A stretch of DNA of 64,000 nt from Octopus vulgaris (lineage: Eukaryota). The translations under genes were made by a program, and so were the position numbers. Shown in pieces: positions 1-12,890 of the stretch. The first letter of the stretch is position 1. Each line of letters begins with the position of its first letter. The notes beneath the pieces were generated by a model. That model did not search any database, was not told where the DNA came from, and saw only the letters and a list, made by a program, of their open reading frames with translations. The stretch spans positions 155,930,001-155,994,000 of the forward strand of contig OX597815.1 in NCBI GenBank assembly GCA_951406725.2. The letters are read 5' to 3'.

Positions 1-801
1 GTGCTAAATCCTTCTTTGCAAAGGTAGGTTGTTGCACAAAGTAACAGCATTTTGGCTGCTTCCTCATGCCAGAAGAAAATTTTCTGTCGTAAGAAGGAAA
101 CCATTATTTTATATAATTTTACCTATGTCTAATGGGTCCTCATTCGCCCCCCCCCCCCGAATTTAATTTTTACTCCACTTGGGATAATTCACCTTGGATC
201 CCCGACCCTTGACATGGAGCAGCATTGCTTTCTGAGATATGGAGTAATGGACCTACTTGGAAATAAAAAGCAACTCTGATACTTCTATAGAAATATATAA
301 GATATGGGATGATCACTGACTGATCGGTCTAAGTAAACAAATTGGAAATGAGAGTATTACTGGGGTGGGGCGATCTAATGGAAGCTAATACTTTGGTGGT
401 ACTTCATGTTATTAATCTCGAAAGCATGATGCGTGAAATAGACCTTGGTGGGATTTAGACTCAGAACATAGGCTGAACAAATCCCCCAAATCATTTCCTC
501 TGGTGCTCTAAAGATTCTGTGTATTCGCCTTCCCGTAATGAAGCATGGAACAGACTGCCGGCATCAGTTGTTAGTTGTCGGAGCACTGCATCCTTCAAAA
601 CTTCCATGCTTCCTGAGATTCGCCAACACTACACCTAATTTTCTCCCCTCCATACACACGCAAGCATGTATCTGACTCGAAATATGTATTGAATAAAGAA
701 ATATATACTGTTCGCTTTCCAGACATTTGTACATTACTGCATATACTTTATACGCACTTTTTGACAAGTTGTGGTGTACCTGAGCACAGTATACAATAAT
801 T

Positions 802-803
<2 letters not shown>

Positions 804-860
<57 letters not shown>

Positions 861-862
861 TA

Positions 863-932
<70 letters not shown>

Positions 933-1100
933 TATGATGATGATCGTCATTATCATCATGACGACGACGATGGTGATGATATTGGTGATGATGACGAATC
1001 CCCGATTCTGCGTAACCATCTTCTTGTAATGATGGCGATAATGGAAATGATAATGATTATGCTGATAATGACGATAATGATAATGATGACGATGATTATG
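804..1100. repeat. (ATT)n microsatellite followed by degenerate (GAT/AAT)n
   Basis: Visible trinucleotide tract; source of the poly-N and poly-I ORFs. Confidence 0.95.
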
Positions 1101-1249
1101 AAACTCAATAAATTTCCCAAGAGAAGAATATTTTAAAGAGACTATCTTTTTCACTCTCTCAGTCTCTCATTTACTATTCCTATTCCGTTTGACACCGTCA
1201 TTCATGATTGCTATGCTAAACCAAACTAATTGTGGATTTAAATTTTAAA

Positions 1250-1730
1250 AGATGACCATCAATCATCTTTCATATTTGAGTGATTTAAAGCTATGCAAGA
1301 TTGGATGACTAGAATAAAACTTAGAACGGCCCATAGAATATTGTTAACTAACGTCTCATAAATAAATGGTTAGATAAGGAAACAGAAATTAATGAATTAG
1401 AATATGTACGGGTCAATGGATACGTGCAAATAAATCTATACGGATATAAATAAAATCGAAGATAAAAATCAGTTAAGTATATTGAGAGCTCATTAGATAA
1501 GTATTCAGGAGATAAAGGAATATTATGAGGAGCAAATTCATAGCATTAACACCTGGATTCTACCTGTAATAAGTTACAGTTTTAATGAACTTATTTGGAA
1601 GATAAATGCATTTTATAAGACGGAAGAAGAAAACTGACGTCATTTAAGATATGAGACGGAAAAAACAACAGAAAATGAAACATACGGTTTATGACCAAAT
1701 TTGCAATGAGCAGAAGGGCAGAAGATAATG
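1250..1730 (+). mobile_element. Highly decayed non-LTR retrotransposon fragment (R4/Dong-like)
   Basis: Around 1540-1600 translates to SINTWILPVISYSF..LIW, similar to the post-RT AINT.A.PV..YSF motif of R4-type elements. Many stops. Confidence 0.35.
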
Positions 1731-4337
1731 ACGGCACTGAGAAAATTCTTATCTTAAATGCGCTTATATTAAAAGTTAAATATAATGATAAATAACATTA
1801 GCAATATATAGAAAAATGTTCTATATTGATTGGAAGGTTATCAAATAAAGAACAATGCTGGTAGTGTGAGAAAAAGAACGAAAGAGAACCTTCACTGAGT
1901 AAAGAAAAAGTAACAGAAATACAGAAAATGCGGCAAATAATATTTGCTCAGTTTTGCTTCAAAATATAATCATAAATTAATAAAAATAGAACAAAAATTC
2001 AAAATTTAAGTATAAAGGTCAACAAACACATATTACATTACCAGTTTCTATTAAGCATTAATTATACTTGAAAAAATATATTTGTAATGGTATCATGTTG
2101 CATGTACTGAATACTTAGCAATTACAAAAAAGACACTAGTGACAATCATAAATTTTGGCACAAAAATATATACTGCAGCAATATAAACAATAAGTGGATA
2201 TGCTAGAGACTCGATAAATAATTTGTATCCTGTCTTTTTTACACGAAGTTATGTTCTTATCTTGTGAAGGTGTACCATCCAGTGTCAGAAAATAGCATTA
2301 ATTTACGACTAAAAGTTTTCGTAGCTTAAAGTACTTTATAAGTGGTAAGCTAACATTACGTATTCTACGAGTATGGAGAGTTCATAGAATAAAATTAGAA
2401 TCTGCTGAAACTCGTGATGGTCTGCTTCGGAAACAAAGGCAGAAGAGAAAAACATTCAATTTTAGTTCGTAAAAATATATAAATAAAGATTTGTTCATGT
2501 ACCGGAAGAGGAAGCAAGTATCTAACGTTTCAGGTAAAGATCATTTTCGAATTATATTAACTGTTTTTCTTCTAAGAAGAATGACGTTGCAATAAATGTC
2601 AACACTCATCTCTTCTTACGTATTTGAATTTATTTTATCAAGATCCTAAAGTTAATTGCTCACACAACCCATCCACAACATTGCTTAAGAAAGAAAAACA
2701 AAAAAGAACAATTAAGGGGAATAAGTAAAAAAAAATAACACTTATCTTTAATATTTATTCCTGAGTTTTTATGTTTGTAAAATTCAAAGAACAGTGTTGG
2801 CAGGGTGCTTTTAATTCCTCACGCAAGACGGAAGACATGCAGTCTCCTTAGCTCTAAGTTGAAATGCAAAGTTTCCGAATAGATGCAGTGAGTATGTTAA
2901 GAGCAGATCGAAATTATTTGAACTGCCGAATTCTTTCTACGTTTATGTTTAACTGGAATTTATTGCCAAGAATAGTGCATTTGATGTTTGCATAATTTCA
3001 TCTTACAAATCAACCGGTTTCTACTGGATTCCAAAGTCGTCAAACAATTCACTGTAGATCATTTATAAAACTGATGCTAAACTCCGATGTCTATAACATT
3101 TGCCATATATTGAAGAACTGACTGCTTCTGGGTAGTTTCCAATCTATTTAAAGTCATTAACTTATGTTGGGTTGAATACACACACACACAAACTAACAAA
3201 CTAGGGTTATTTACAAAAGTGTTACGTATCTGGCCTGAGTACAGAAATTAATCACTAATACGTAGGAGTGTATATACAACTTTTCTGCAATGCATCAATG
3301 ATAGAACTGACATGGTGCAATTTTATCCACTTGTTTCTACTAACAAGATATACTTACCGCACTTGTAGATTCAGTGTTTCCCAGGAATGTGATTCTAAAT
3401 TATTTATGTCTGTTTTGCATTTTCTTGCCATATTTTCATCTAGTATTATGAAGTCAATTAAATGCATAGCATATATTTTATAAAGCGATATTCAACTTTA
3501 GCAAATCCTCAGTACGCCGGGTCCTTTGCCTTGTGTTTATCTGCCTATTACGAACTAACGGAAGAGTGTTAACGTAATTAATCAACTTACTACACGTAGT
3601 AGTGAAAACATCATTTATCATCTTTAAAATAACGATCACGTTTCATATCTTACATCGCGGTATACTTACTCCAATATAACAGCAGTATATCCACTGCAGA
3701 AATATTAAGGAAATAATAAAGTTTGGCCTAAACTCACGATGATATATATATATATCAACATACTTTCTTTGTAGGATACGTAAGAATTATAAACATTTCA
3801 TAAGTTTTCACTACACTGAAGATTAGATCAAGGACTGATGATCAAAGCTACTTAAAAAGCTTCCTTTTCTAGTTACGTTTATACGTATCTTACCTATCTA
3901 CTTATCTAAGAAACTAAGCAAAGTTTTCATCCACGTCTTCAAATTTCTAACAAGGAAGAAGGAAGACTTTTAAACCAATTACAATCTCATATTTTTTATC
4001 ACTAAGCCCATAAAGAATGTTACTTCTTATATTGCGGTAAAAGAACATTAATCTTACTCCTGAAAGGCTGTTTTGTAGTTGATATATTTACTAGTCACTT
4101 TCAGATGTTAGCAGAGATATGGATTTAGCAGTTGAAATGTTACTTATTGAAATATAAATAATGTGGTTGGAAAGAAACATTCCATACAATATGCCGTAAA
4201 TAATGTAAAAGCTGTTAAAACATTCACTTGTATAGGTGATGTTGTCTTACTGCTAACTTCTGAAAGGACTTCATGAGGAATGAAAATCGTAGTGAGCAAT
4301 GAATATTTGATATTTGAGCTAAAAGTAATTTTGAAAA

Positions 4338-4611
4338 AGAGTGGTTGTATAAAGTCAACATAACTGACAGCCCCGTTGAGGGAAATACACCACCGCTATA
4401 TAGCCCTAGGAAGCATCGATGCTTCCTGTCAGCTTTGACACATTTTTTGTGTCAAAAAAGCCGACAGGAAACGTCGATGTTTCCTAGGGCTATATAGCGG
4501 TGGTGTATTTCCTTCTACGGGGCTGTCAGTTATGTTGACTTTATACAACCACTCTATCGCTCCACCACCGCTCATGTCTCATTGAGACATTTAGAAATTC
4601 AATATTTCTAA
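4338..4611. mobile_element. Fold-back insertion: ~218-bp hairpin (4338-4555) plus a 56-bp tail, flanked by 12-bp direct repeats
   Basis: Arms agagtggttgtataaagtcaacataactgacagcccc... and ...ggggctgtcagttatgttgactttatacaaccactct are reverse complements. taattttgaaaa occurs at 4326-4337 and 4612-4623. Confidence 0.85.
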
Positions 4612-4656
4612 TAATTTTGAAAAGTTCTTATAAAATTAAAGAAAGTTTATAAATAC

Positions 4657-5124
4657 CTGAATAAGTTCTCGAATTTTCCTTGATGTAGTGTACTCTGGAG
4701 GTAGATAATCTTCTAAACAGACAGCACTGATTGAGTTATATTCATAGTCACTGAAGCACATCAGATGCTTGACTAGCCGACCGCGTCTTCGATTGCTTGG
4801 CACCTTCTTGGTTTTATTCGTACGTATCAACTCTTTTTTCTTGCGCAGGTTTTCCTGATGTTCCTTGTCCACGGATGTATGAACAGTGTGGTGTCCACTA
4901 TCATCGGAAATAACAGTAGCTGCTGCTGCTGCTGGTGTCGTCGCTTTTGCTGGATGTTTGCAAGGCACTTTGTATGAGACATGATTGTATAATCCACTTG
5001 GGTCCAATGCTGAACTTGTATTTTCCTCAGGCCAGGCTTCTTCAATGTGAAGTTGAATACCAGCGAATATTGCTGATTCATCTTTAGTGCATGGAAGCTC
5101 GCCGCATACAACCATCTGTTGCAG
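4657..5124 (-). CDS. PLCE1: 468-nt coding exon with FERM-central-like motifs, same gene
   Basis: Acceptor ctcatttttcag|CTG and donor CAG|gtattt, phase 0/0. LQQMVVCGELPCTKDESAIFAGIQLHIEEAWP and CLEDYLPPEYTTSRKIRELIQ resemble FERM B-lobe motifs as recalled from invertebrate PLC-epsilon proteins. Confidence 0.85.
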
Positions 5125-6398
5125 CTGAAAAATGAGAGCAAAAACATTATATCAGAAGGGAAGAAATAACTGAATCACCCGAACCCGAGAAGCGGACTAA
5201 TCCTTCGCCGGACTTCTCACTATCGAGATACTGTGTGCATTCTACATATCTGTGTACTGGCTTCCCCCAGATCTATACCGGACACACACACACGTATGTG
5301 TGTGTGTGTGTGCGCGCGTGTAAATAGATATTTCTCAATCAGAATTTAAAGAGACAGTACTGATTGAGCTATATTCATAGTCACTGAAGCACATATTTAG
5401 AGGAAGAATGTTGAGTGAAAGAGGAAGAAGTCTAATGGGTTGCCACCAATCATTGTGTCAATCCCTAGTCAGAAGTCAGTAGCCTTAGATGGACCTTGAA
5501 AAAGTTCCTGTTTTTAAATAGGGGCTCAGATCACAAAGTAAAGTGTGAACAAGGCATACGCTTGTGCGCCTGGTTAATAGACCACCTCTTGAGGTGTTAA
5601 GAAGTGGAATTCCCCCCGTTCTTACTCTTTTACTCAAATTCAGTAGAGTAGACATGATTACAGACTCTCTAGCCATGACAATCCCGTTCTAGCTTTTGAA
5701 CAACACTATCAGATGTGTCTATTTCTAAGGTGAGAAGGCATTATTTGAAGGAAAATTGCTTTCTATTTGTAGCAAGTGGAGGAAATAGGTTCGGCATTTC
5801 AGACCTATTTCGTGTTGGATCACTTTTGGGAAACATTAAACAGTTAATTGTACAGCTTTCGAGATGAAATAGATGAGAAACATTGCATCAGAATTTGTAT
5901 CCAAACCGGATATCTCGCTTAAAAAATTACACAGAGGCAAGAGGTGGTCATGTTAAACCCGTGGCGCGTTAATCCTGTTTTAATACGTTGATGGTTGTAA
6001 AAAGTAAACAGTAATGGAATGAGAGTAATGGAACGGATTAATCAATCTTCTAGATGTGCTTCATTCGTTACGGCTTTCGAAGCTGCATTTTATCTGTACG
6101 TGGATTTCAGTGTAAAAGGTGCTAATGTTACGCCATCAGGAGAATTATAATATAATACACAAATGAAATATGAAAAAAAAAAAAATTAAGAGAAAATTAT
6201 AGAAGAGAAATGTAGAAAGATCAAGACAGTATTTCATCAAAGAGAAAATAATACTGGACAAAGAAAGAATTAGGAAATGGGTTGGAAGAGAGTCTAAGGT
6301 GAAATCGAGGTAATATTTCAGTAAAGATAAAATGAATATAAATTGCGCAATACATCAGAGAAATGAAGGATTTCTATATTCAGATATTAAGCATTTCT

Positions 6399-6399
6399 C

Positions 6400-6485
<86 letters not shown>

Positions 6486-6497
6486 TGATGATGATGC

Positions 6498-6536
<39 letters not shown>

Positions 6537-6551
6537 CGACGACGACGACGA

Positions 6552-6585
<34 letters not shown>

Positions 6586-6641
6586 GGTGGTGGTAGTGGT
6601 GGTGGTGGTGGTGATGATGATGATGATGATGATGATGATAA
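6399..6641. repeat. Compound trinucleotide microsatellite (AAT)(GAT)(GAC)(GAT)(GGT)(GAT)
   Basis: Directly visible. Confidence 0.95.
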
Positions 6642-6896
6642 TAGAATGCAGGTCTCGGAGGAGAGTAAAATAAAGGACAACACGACATTTCCGAAGTTGC
6701 TGCGACCTTTCTTTCAGCGTAAAAGTAAATGAACGAAAAATGAATAAAAGGCAATAATTTTCAATTAAGACAGACGTGGCTGTTAAATTTGAAATCACTT
6801 CTTTATAAAAGCTGTACGAGTGATGGAGAAACGAGTATGTCAATGTTGGTTCATCTAAGTGAGAAAGAGAGAGAATACACACACAAACAAACATGA

Positions 6897-6959
<63 letters not shown>

Positions 6960-7559
6960 TGTGTATGTCAACAGAGAGTGGGGTACAGAGTGATAAATAA
7001 ATTAGATAATTGTTGTAGCCTGAGGAACTAGGAGAATTACAGTAACGAAAGTGGGGAGAAATATCGGGAAGGATTGGGAAGGAAATAAAATCAAATTAAA
7101 CATGTTAAAGAAAGGCCCTCTTGCTTTGGGATTTCTGAAGGGAAAATACATTTAGTTTAGAATGACATTTAAAAGGTTTTAGCGATATTTCTTTGCTTAA
7201 AGGATTACAAACAGAAGAATTCAAGACAATATTCATTCAGTTCAGCATGGCTAGTAAATGTCCAGGATTACTTGTTGAAACACACACACACCTATAAACA
7301 CACACATATACCTACATATATATACGTACGTATATTTACAAGTATATATGTATACATATATACATACATACATATATATATATATATTATATAAATTAGA
7401 GACAAAACCACTATTATGCAAATCAAACAAAGAAAGACTTAATCCAATACATAAATTAATTTATATTATTTAGTAATTTAACAATAATTAATATCCACTA
7501 CGATCGTTTCATGTCTTCTTTACATATTCTCTAATATTTATATATATATATATATATAT

Positions 7560-7750
7560 AGGGAGAGTTTACGAAAAAAACAAAAGACGAAGACAGGGGG
7601 TGTACAAAACAAACAGATGTATTAGCATAACGCTCAGGAATAGAAAAAGTCTTTTACGTTTCGAGCCTACACTCTTCTACAGAAAGGGACACAGAAAAAA
7701 CAAGGAGAGAAAAAAGATGTGTGTAGTGGCTAACGATCTTTCATGGCGAC
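7560..7750 (-). mobile_element. Short Penelope-derived terminal-repeat-like element with a degenerate hammerhead core
   Basis: Minus strand 7651-7686 reads CTGTAGA-AGAG-tgtagg-CTC-GAAACGTA. A related copy lies at 54065-54250. Abuts a (TA)n tract. Confidence 0.5.
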
Positions 7751-8339
7751 TAGTGCCAGACAGAAGGGTAAAACACGAGGAGGAAAGATGGGGAGATAAC
7801 AAGGTAAAGATGACCCCCAACACAAAGGTGCGTGTGTGTATAAGAGAGTATGTGTGTGCGTGTGAAAGAGGGCTGGTGGTCTGGACGTGTGCGTGTGTGT
7901 ATGTGTAGGTGTGAATATGTGGGGATGGGTGTGTGGGTGGTGTGTTGTGATGTTATGTGTAATGTTGTATGGTGTAGTGTGGTGCGATGTTGTGGGGAGG
8001 TGGGGGAGGCGAAAGTGGGGAAAGCACGGGAGGGGTGTGGGTTCGGCTGGGGTTTGGGGTAGAGTTGGGGTTTGTGGGTAGGCAGAGGGTGGTGGTAGAG
8101 GTGGGGTATGTGGGGGAGGGATGTGGGATAGGATGGGGGGATGGGAAGGATAATGAAGGTGGTGTATATATATATTATCGAGAGAGAGAAAGAGAGCAAA
8201 TGAGAGAGAGAGAGAGAGAGAGAGAGATGTGAGAGAGATTGGATATGTTTGTTTATCTGAGGGGAAGTAGAAAGTTATCTACACTTTTGCCAAAACTTTC
8301 TTTAGGTTGGCCAAACTGCCTTCACGGTTTGTGTGCTAA

Positions 8340-9235
8340 AGGGTGGTACTCTTGTAGTTATCGCGTAGAAGTATGAATCGAAACCGTTAAAAATGGCCAG
8401 ACAAACGTGAAGCATGACGAGGAGGTAGGGCGACCATCAACTTCCCCCACTAACTTGAAAATTCAAGAGACTCCAGAGATGGTTCTGGTAAAAGCGACGA
8501 ATGATCATCGCTGAGGTGGCATGTTCTCGGCAAATTAGTAATGGTTCTGCATACGAAATTATTCACAAGTTTTGCTTCCGTAAAGTCTGTGCGAGATAAC
8601 TGCTAAATGAGCTTACCGAAGCGCATAAGTGCAGTTGTTTGGAGATCCATCAACACTACAATAACGATGAAGGCAAAGCATTTTTAGAGAGAAAAATCTC
8701 AAGAGAGGAGACCTGGGCCCTTTAAATTCAGCCAAAATCCAAAAGCCGATTACGGAGAGGGAAACATCCAGATCCTCCAGCGAAAAAGAAATTCCTTAGA
8801 AAAAGGGATGCTAACCGTTTAGCGGCGGGGTGCAAAATGGTCTATGCTGTAACCATTAATTCGAAGTGTTGTCTACGGTCACCAATGTTGGTTGCAGTGA
8901 AATGCTGGCTAACAAACTAGAACCAGCGATTCGCACTAAACGTCTAGGTCTATTGTCAAATAAGTGTTATTGTTACACGACTGTCCACACCGATGAAATC
9001 ATTGAAAAATTGAAGTTCAAGTTGTTGGAATACCCTGCATACAGTCCAGATCATATATTTGGACTCTTTAAACATCCTTTACGAGGTCGTCGATTTGCTA
9101 CGGACAAAAAAGTACTGGAAACAGTGTATAAACGAGGGTGCGACCAGCCGAAAAAAAATGCTCTAATAGAATAAGCGCAAGGTAGTGGACCAACCGAAGA
9201 AGTGCATGGAAAAGCAAGGAGACGATATCAAACAA
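8340..9235 (+). mobile_element. Decayed mariner-type DNA transposon
   Basis: Fragments KNGQTNVKHDEEVGRPST (HTH linker) and LLEYPAYSPD..FG.FKHPLRGRRF (YSPDL motif). Frameshifted. Confidence 0.8.
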
Positions 9236-9322
9236 CGATTTGATTGTTCAACTCCTGATTTTGCTTTGTAAATTACAGAAAGTAGAATGCATATAAGTTT
9301 TGATTTATCCGCATATATATAT

Positions 9323-9471
<149 letters not shown>

Positions 9472-9475
9472 CAAT

Positions 9476-9660
9476 TGCAGCGTGGAAGGTGTTTATAAGC
9501 CATTTAAGAAACACACAAAAATTCACTTCAACATTTTCGCTTTGGGACCGCGACCTGTTCACTGACAAAACTTCGTGCTGCATCTCAATTTAAATGTTGA
9601 AGTGAATCTAACGGCTTTTGTGTGTTTCTTAAATAGCTTATAAACACCTTCCACGCTGCA
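9476..9660. repeat. Inverted repeat (~60-70-bp arms) between microsatellites
   Basis: tgcagcgtggaaggtgtttataagccatttaagaaacacacaaaa pairs with ttttgtgtgtttcttaaatagcttataaacaccttccacgctgca. Confidence 0.85.
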
Positions 9661-9739
9661 TTTGTTTTCGTTCCAGCACACGATCTCAGATCAAGTCACT
9701 CGCTATGCAATACATCTCTGTAAACATATATAAATATAA

Positions 9740-9824
<85 letters not shown>

Positions 9825-9849
9825 CATATATATAAACGTGTGTGTGTTT

Positions 9850-10235
9850 TCTTTTATTCTTTTACCTGTTTTAGTCATTTGACTGATGGTGGAGCACTGC
9901 TGTAAAGGATATTTTAGTCAAAGAAATCGACTCCAGGGTTCATTTCTTGTAAGCCTTGTACTTATTTTATCGGTCTTTTTTGCCGAACCGCTAGACTAAG
10001 GGAACGTAAACACACCAACCTCGGTTCACAAGCGATGATGGGGGACAAACATAGACACAAAGACACACACACATATAGTTATATACATGTATATACGACA
10101 AGCTTCTTTCATTTTCCGTCTACCAAATCTACTCACAAGGCACTTTGGTCGGCCTGAGGTGCCACGTAGTTGGACAGAACCCTGAACTATGTCGTTGGGA
10201 AGTAAGCTTCTTACCACACAGCCACGCTCGCGCCT
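9850..10235 (-). mobile_element. tRNA-derived SINE family A (CORE-like, internal TA/TG microsatellite)
   Basis: Reverse-complement match to the copy at 32070-32477. Confidence 0.85.
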
Positions 10236-10236
10236 T

Positions 10237-10312
<76 letters not shown>

Positions 10313-10399
10313 AATAAGAAAATGAAGGAACAAATTCATTTCAATCATCAACTTACAGATATTACCATTTCATATTATTTATTAACTATATAAATAGGA

Positions 10400-11935
10400 A
10401 CATCCAAATAGAACAAAACAACATACATCATTATGCAAGATAATACCAAAAAAATAATACACATAAAATGGTCCTTACAGCTGTTTCAGCCTATAGATAA
10501 AAGTATCTCATTCTGTCTATATTAGTCAGATGTATTGAGGTAATATGCAGTTATTGCAATTATAAGCATTTATGTATTTGGCATTTGGGTGCTTCACCAG
10601 CATTATATTGAATAACTGATATCCCATAGTGTGTTACCCCCATAACCCCTATCTTACTTTGTACTATATATATATAATGGAGAAATTGTACAAAATGTGT
10701 AAATGGATAATGAGTAAAGCACCTGCACAGTTTCCATTATATGAATCTAGATTGCGAGATCATATATCAAATACAAGTTATTCGAATATAGCTCCTCAAG
10801 TTCAGGTGCATTTATAGTTGTGGGCGTCATGTATACATCAAGTTATATATGGTGGGGATTGTAATATATGAATGTGTGTTTAGCTGCGTGTAGGCATCTG
10901 GGTAATTGTTCAATTAATTTAGTTATAATGTGCTCCTTTGTTAACATTATCAAGAGTAACTCGGAGCATAACTGGCATTTCTGGTATATAGTGTTGTAGG
11001 GACTCGCGTAAGGTCGTATTTTATCTTCACTATCTTAAGCCTCCAGTTAAAATCGGCTGGCGATGTTACATGTCGTTTAAGGATATTTCGAAAGCTGGCG
11101 ATGTGGTTGCGGTATCGATTTTTGCAAAAAATCGGCCGATGCCCCGATATATACTTATGGGCCTCCTCTAGTGTTTATAGTGCACTTGTATACCACGTTC
11201 TTAGTCATACATTGGTTATCCAAAGGACAACTGGATCTATCTCTGTATGAGCATAACTGTTTGATTTTATTGGCGCTAGAGGGATTGGTTCTGTTCGGTA
11301 TGTTGATTGTCAATATTATCATTTTATTATCACTATTTGTTGATGCTCTCAGTTTATTATTTGAATTGTTGCTGATGTTATTTGTTGGATGGTTATCATA
11401 GATATTGTAATTATTGCTCTCTTGGTTGGTAGTAAAATTCAAGTTATAAACGTTGTCTTTAGGTTGGTCATATGAGTTATGATTGATGTCAAGAAGGTTA
11501 TTTTGAGTGCTGACTAACCTTCGACTTAGTTTACGGTTGATAATCCTATGAATATAGTGTTCTAAGTTTGATGAATTTGCATAGGAAAGTTTTATAGTGT
11601 GTCGGTTGAATATTTTGCTGTACACTCCATTTTTAGGGAAGCAGCGATCAAGTGCTGTGAAAAATTGTTTCACGATGTTAGATGAGATGTTGAACTTCCA
11701 GATTGGGTTATATCAAAGGACATCATGATTTTATATTTTCGGTTAGGTCTGGTTGTCTGGGTCCTTGGAGTGGCAACTGGATTGTGTGGCGGTAGTTGTT
11801 TAATTTGTTGTCTATTACAAGTTTTCTTTAACTCATGGTTGATTCTAATGTGTCTGTGTTTGGTTAGACTTATGGTTTGAGATTCTATTATCTAAGTTTT
11901 TGATATTGTTTATGTAGTTATTGCTGTGTTTAGTA
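10400..11935 (-). mobile_element. Penelope-like element 3' portion (RT C-terminal linker plus GIY-YIG endonuclease), disrupted
   Basis: ORF 11155-11673 has FPKNGVYSKIFNRHTIKLSY and CPLDNQCMTKNVVYKC. YIG..RY.NH..SF continues after a frameshift. A hammerhead-type GAAACAGCTGTA palindrome lies downstream near 10477-10490. Confidence 0.8.
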
Positions 11936-12072
11936 AGGTTCATTATTTACATTATTTACATTTGACGGATATTTCGTAAGGTTCTTATAAGGAATCGTAT
12001 AATTACAGTTGAGCTGTAAGAGTTGTTATTATTATAATTATTATTACTACTACTACTGCTACTGTATATGTA

Positions 12073-12143
<71 letters not shown>

Positions 12144-12769
12144 ATTGCTTACACGTTATGAAATCAATAACTTGGCGTAGAACTCAATATACATATGCTT
12201 CAGCATGATGTGTTAGCTTCGTTCTGAAGCACACACACAAACGCACGCATACGCACATACACACCCATACACGCACACACACACACACACAAACATATAT
12301 ATACTAATTCATAGGTATCACAACCGAGCAGTTTTTACGTATAAGCAAAGTTTAGGTTAGTTAAAATATGCTTGTGACATATTTCAGCTTCTAAAGGCAA
12401 ATTCACAGCAGCTAGCCTGGAGAAAAATTTTGACTCATGGCAAAAGGTGTAAAAGCATTTTCTCTGCTCAGTGTTGCCCTCTATCGGATTCTAGACGCAG
12501 CGTTTCTTTGATCTACCTCAAAATGTGAAATACCGAAGAGAGGTAACACTAAGCAGATTTAAAGTTGTAGATCTCATTAAAAAAGAGTAAAATACATTAT
12601 ATGAATTTGCGCTTTTGGAACCCCCGGTCAGAAGAAATTCAGCAGTATCAACGTCAGGCGATTCCGCATATGCGAACTTTAAGTCAGTTATGATGTGTTT
12701 ATTAAGACATGTGGCAAAGTGGATAGGCTACTAGGTTCACGAATATGTAAATGCAATTATGTTTTTCGA

Positions 12770-12890
12770 TCTCAGAAGGATGAAAGGCAAAGTCGAGCTC
12801 GGTGGAATTTGAACTCAGAACATATAGACGGACGAAATGCTGTTAAGCATTTTTTCCGGCGCGCTAACGATTCTGTCAGCTCGCCATCTC
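12770..12890 (-). mobile_element. SINE family B fragment (tRNA head plus Nin/Deu-like domain)
   Basis: Reverse complement of the 13961 element head. Confidence 0.8.

Noticed and set aside
3358-3465. Possible minus-strand exon (MHLIDFIILDENMARKCK...LQV) ending at a gtaagt donor
   Set aside because: It ends in phase 2, has no recognisable homology and no convincing phase-0 acceptor to follow the 4657 exon.
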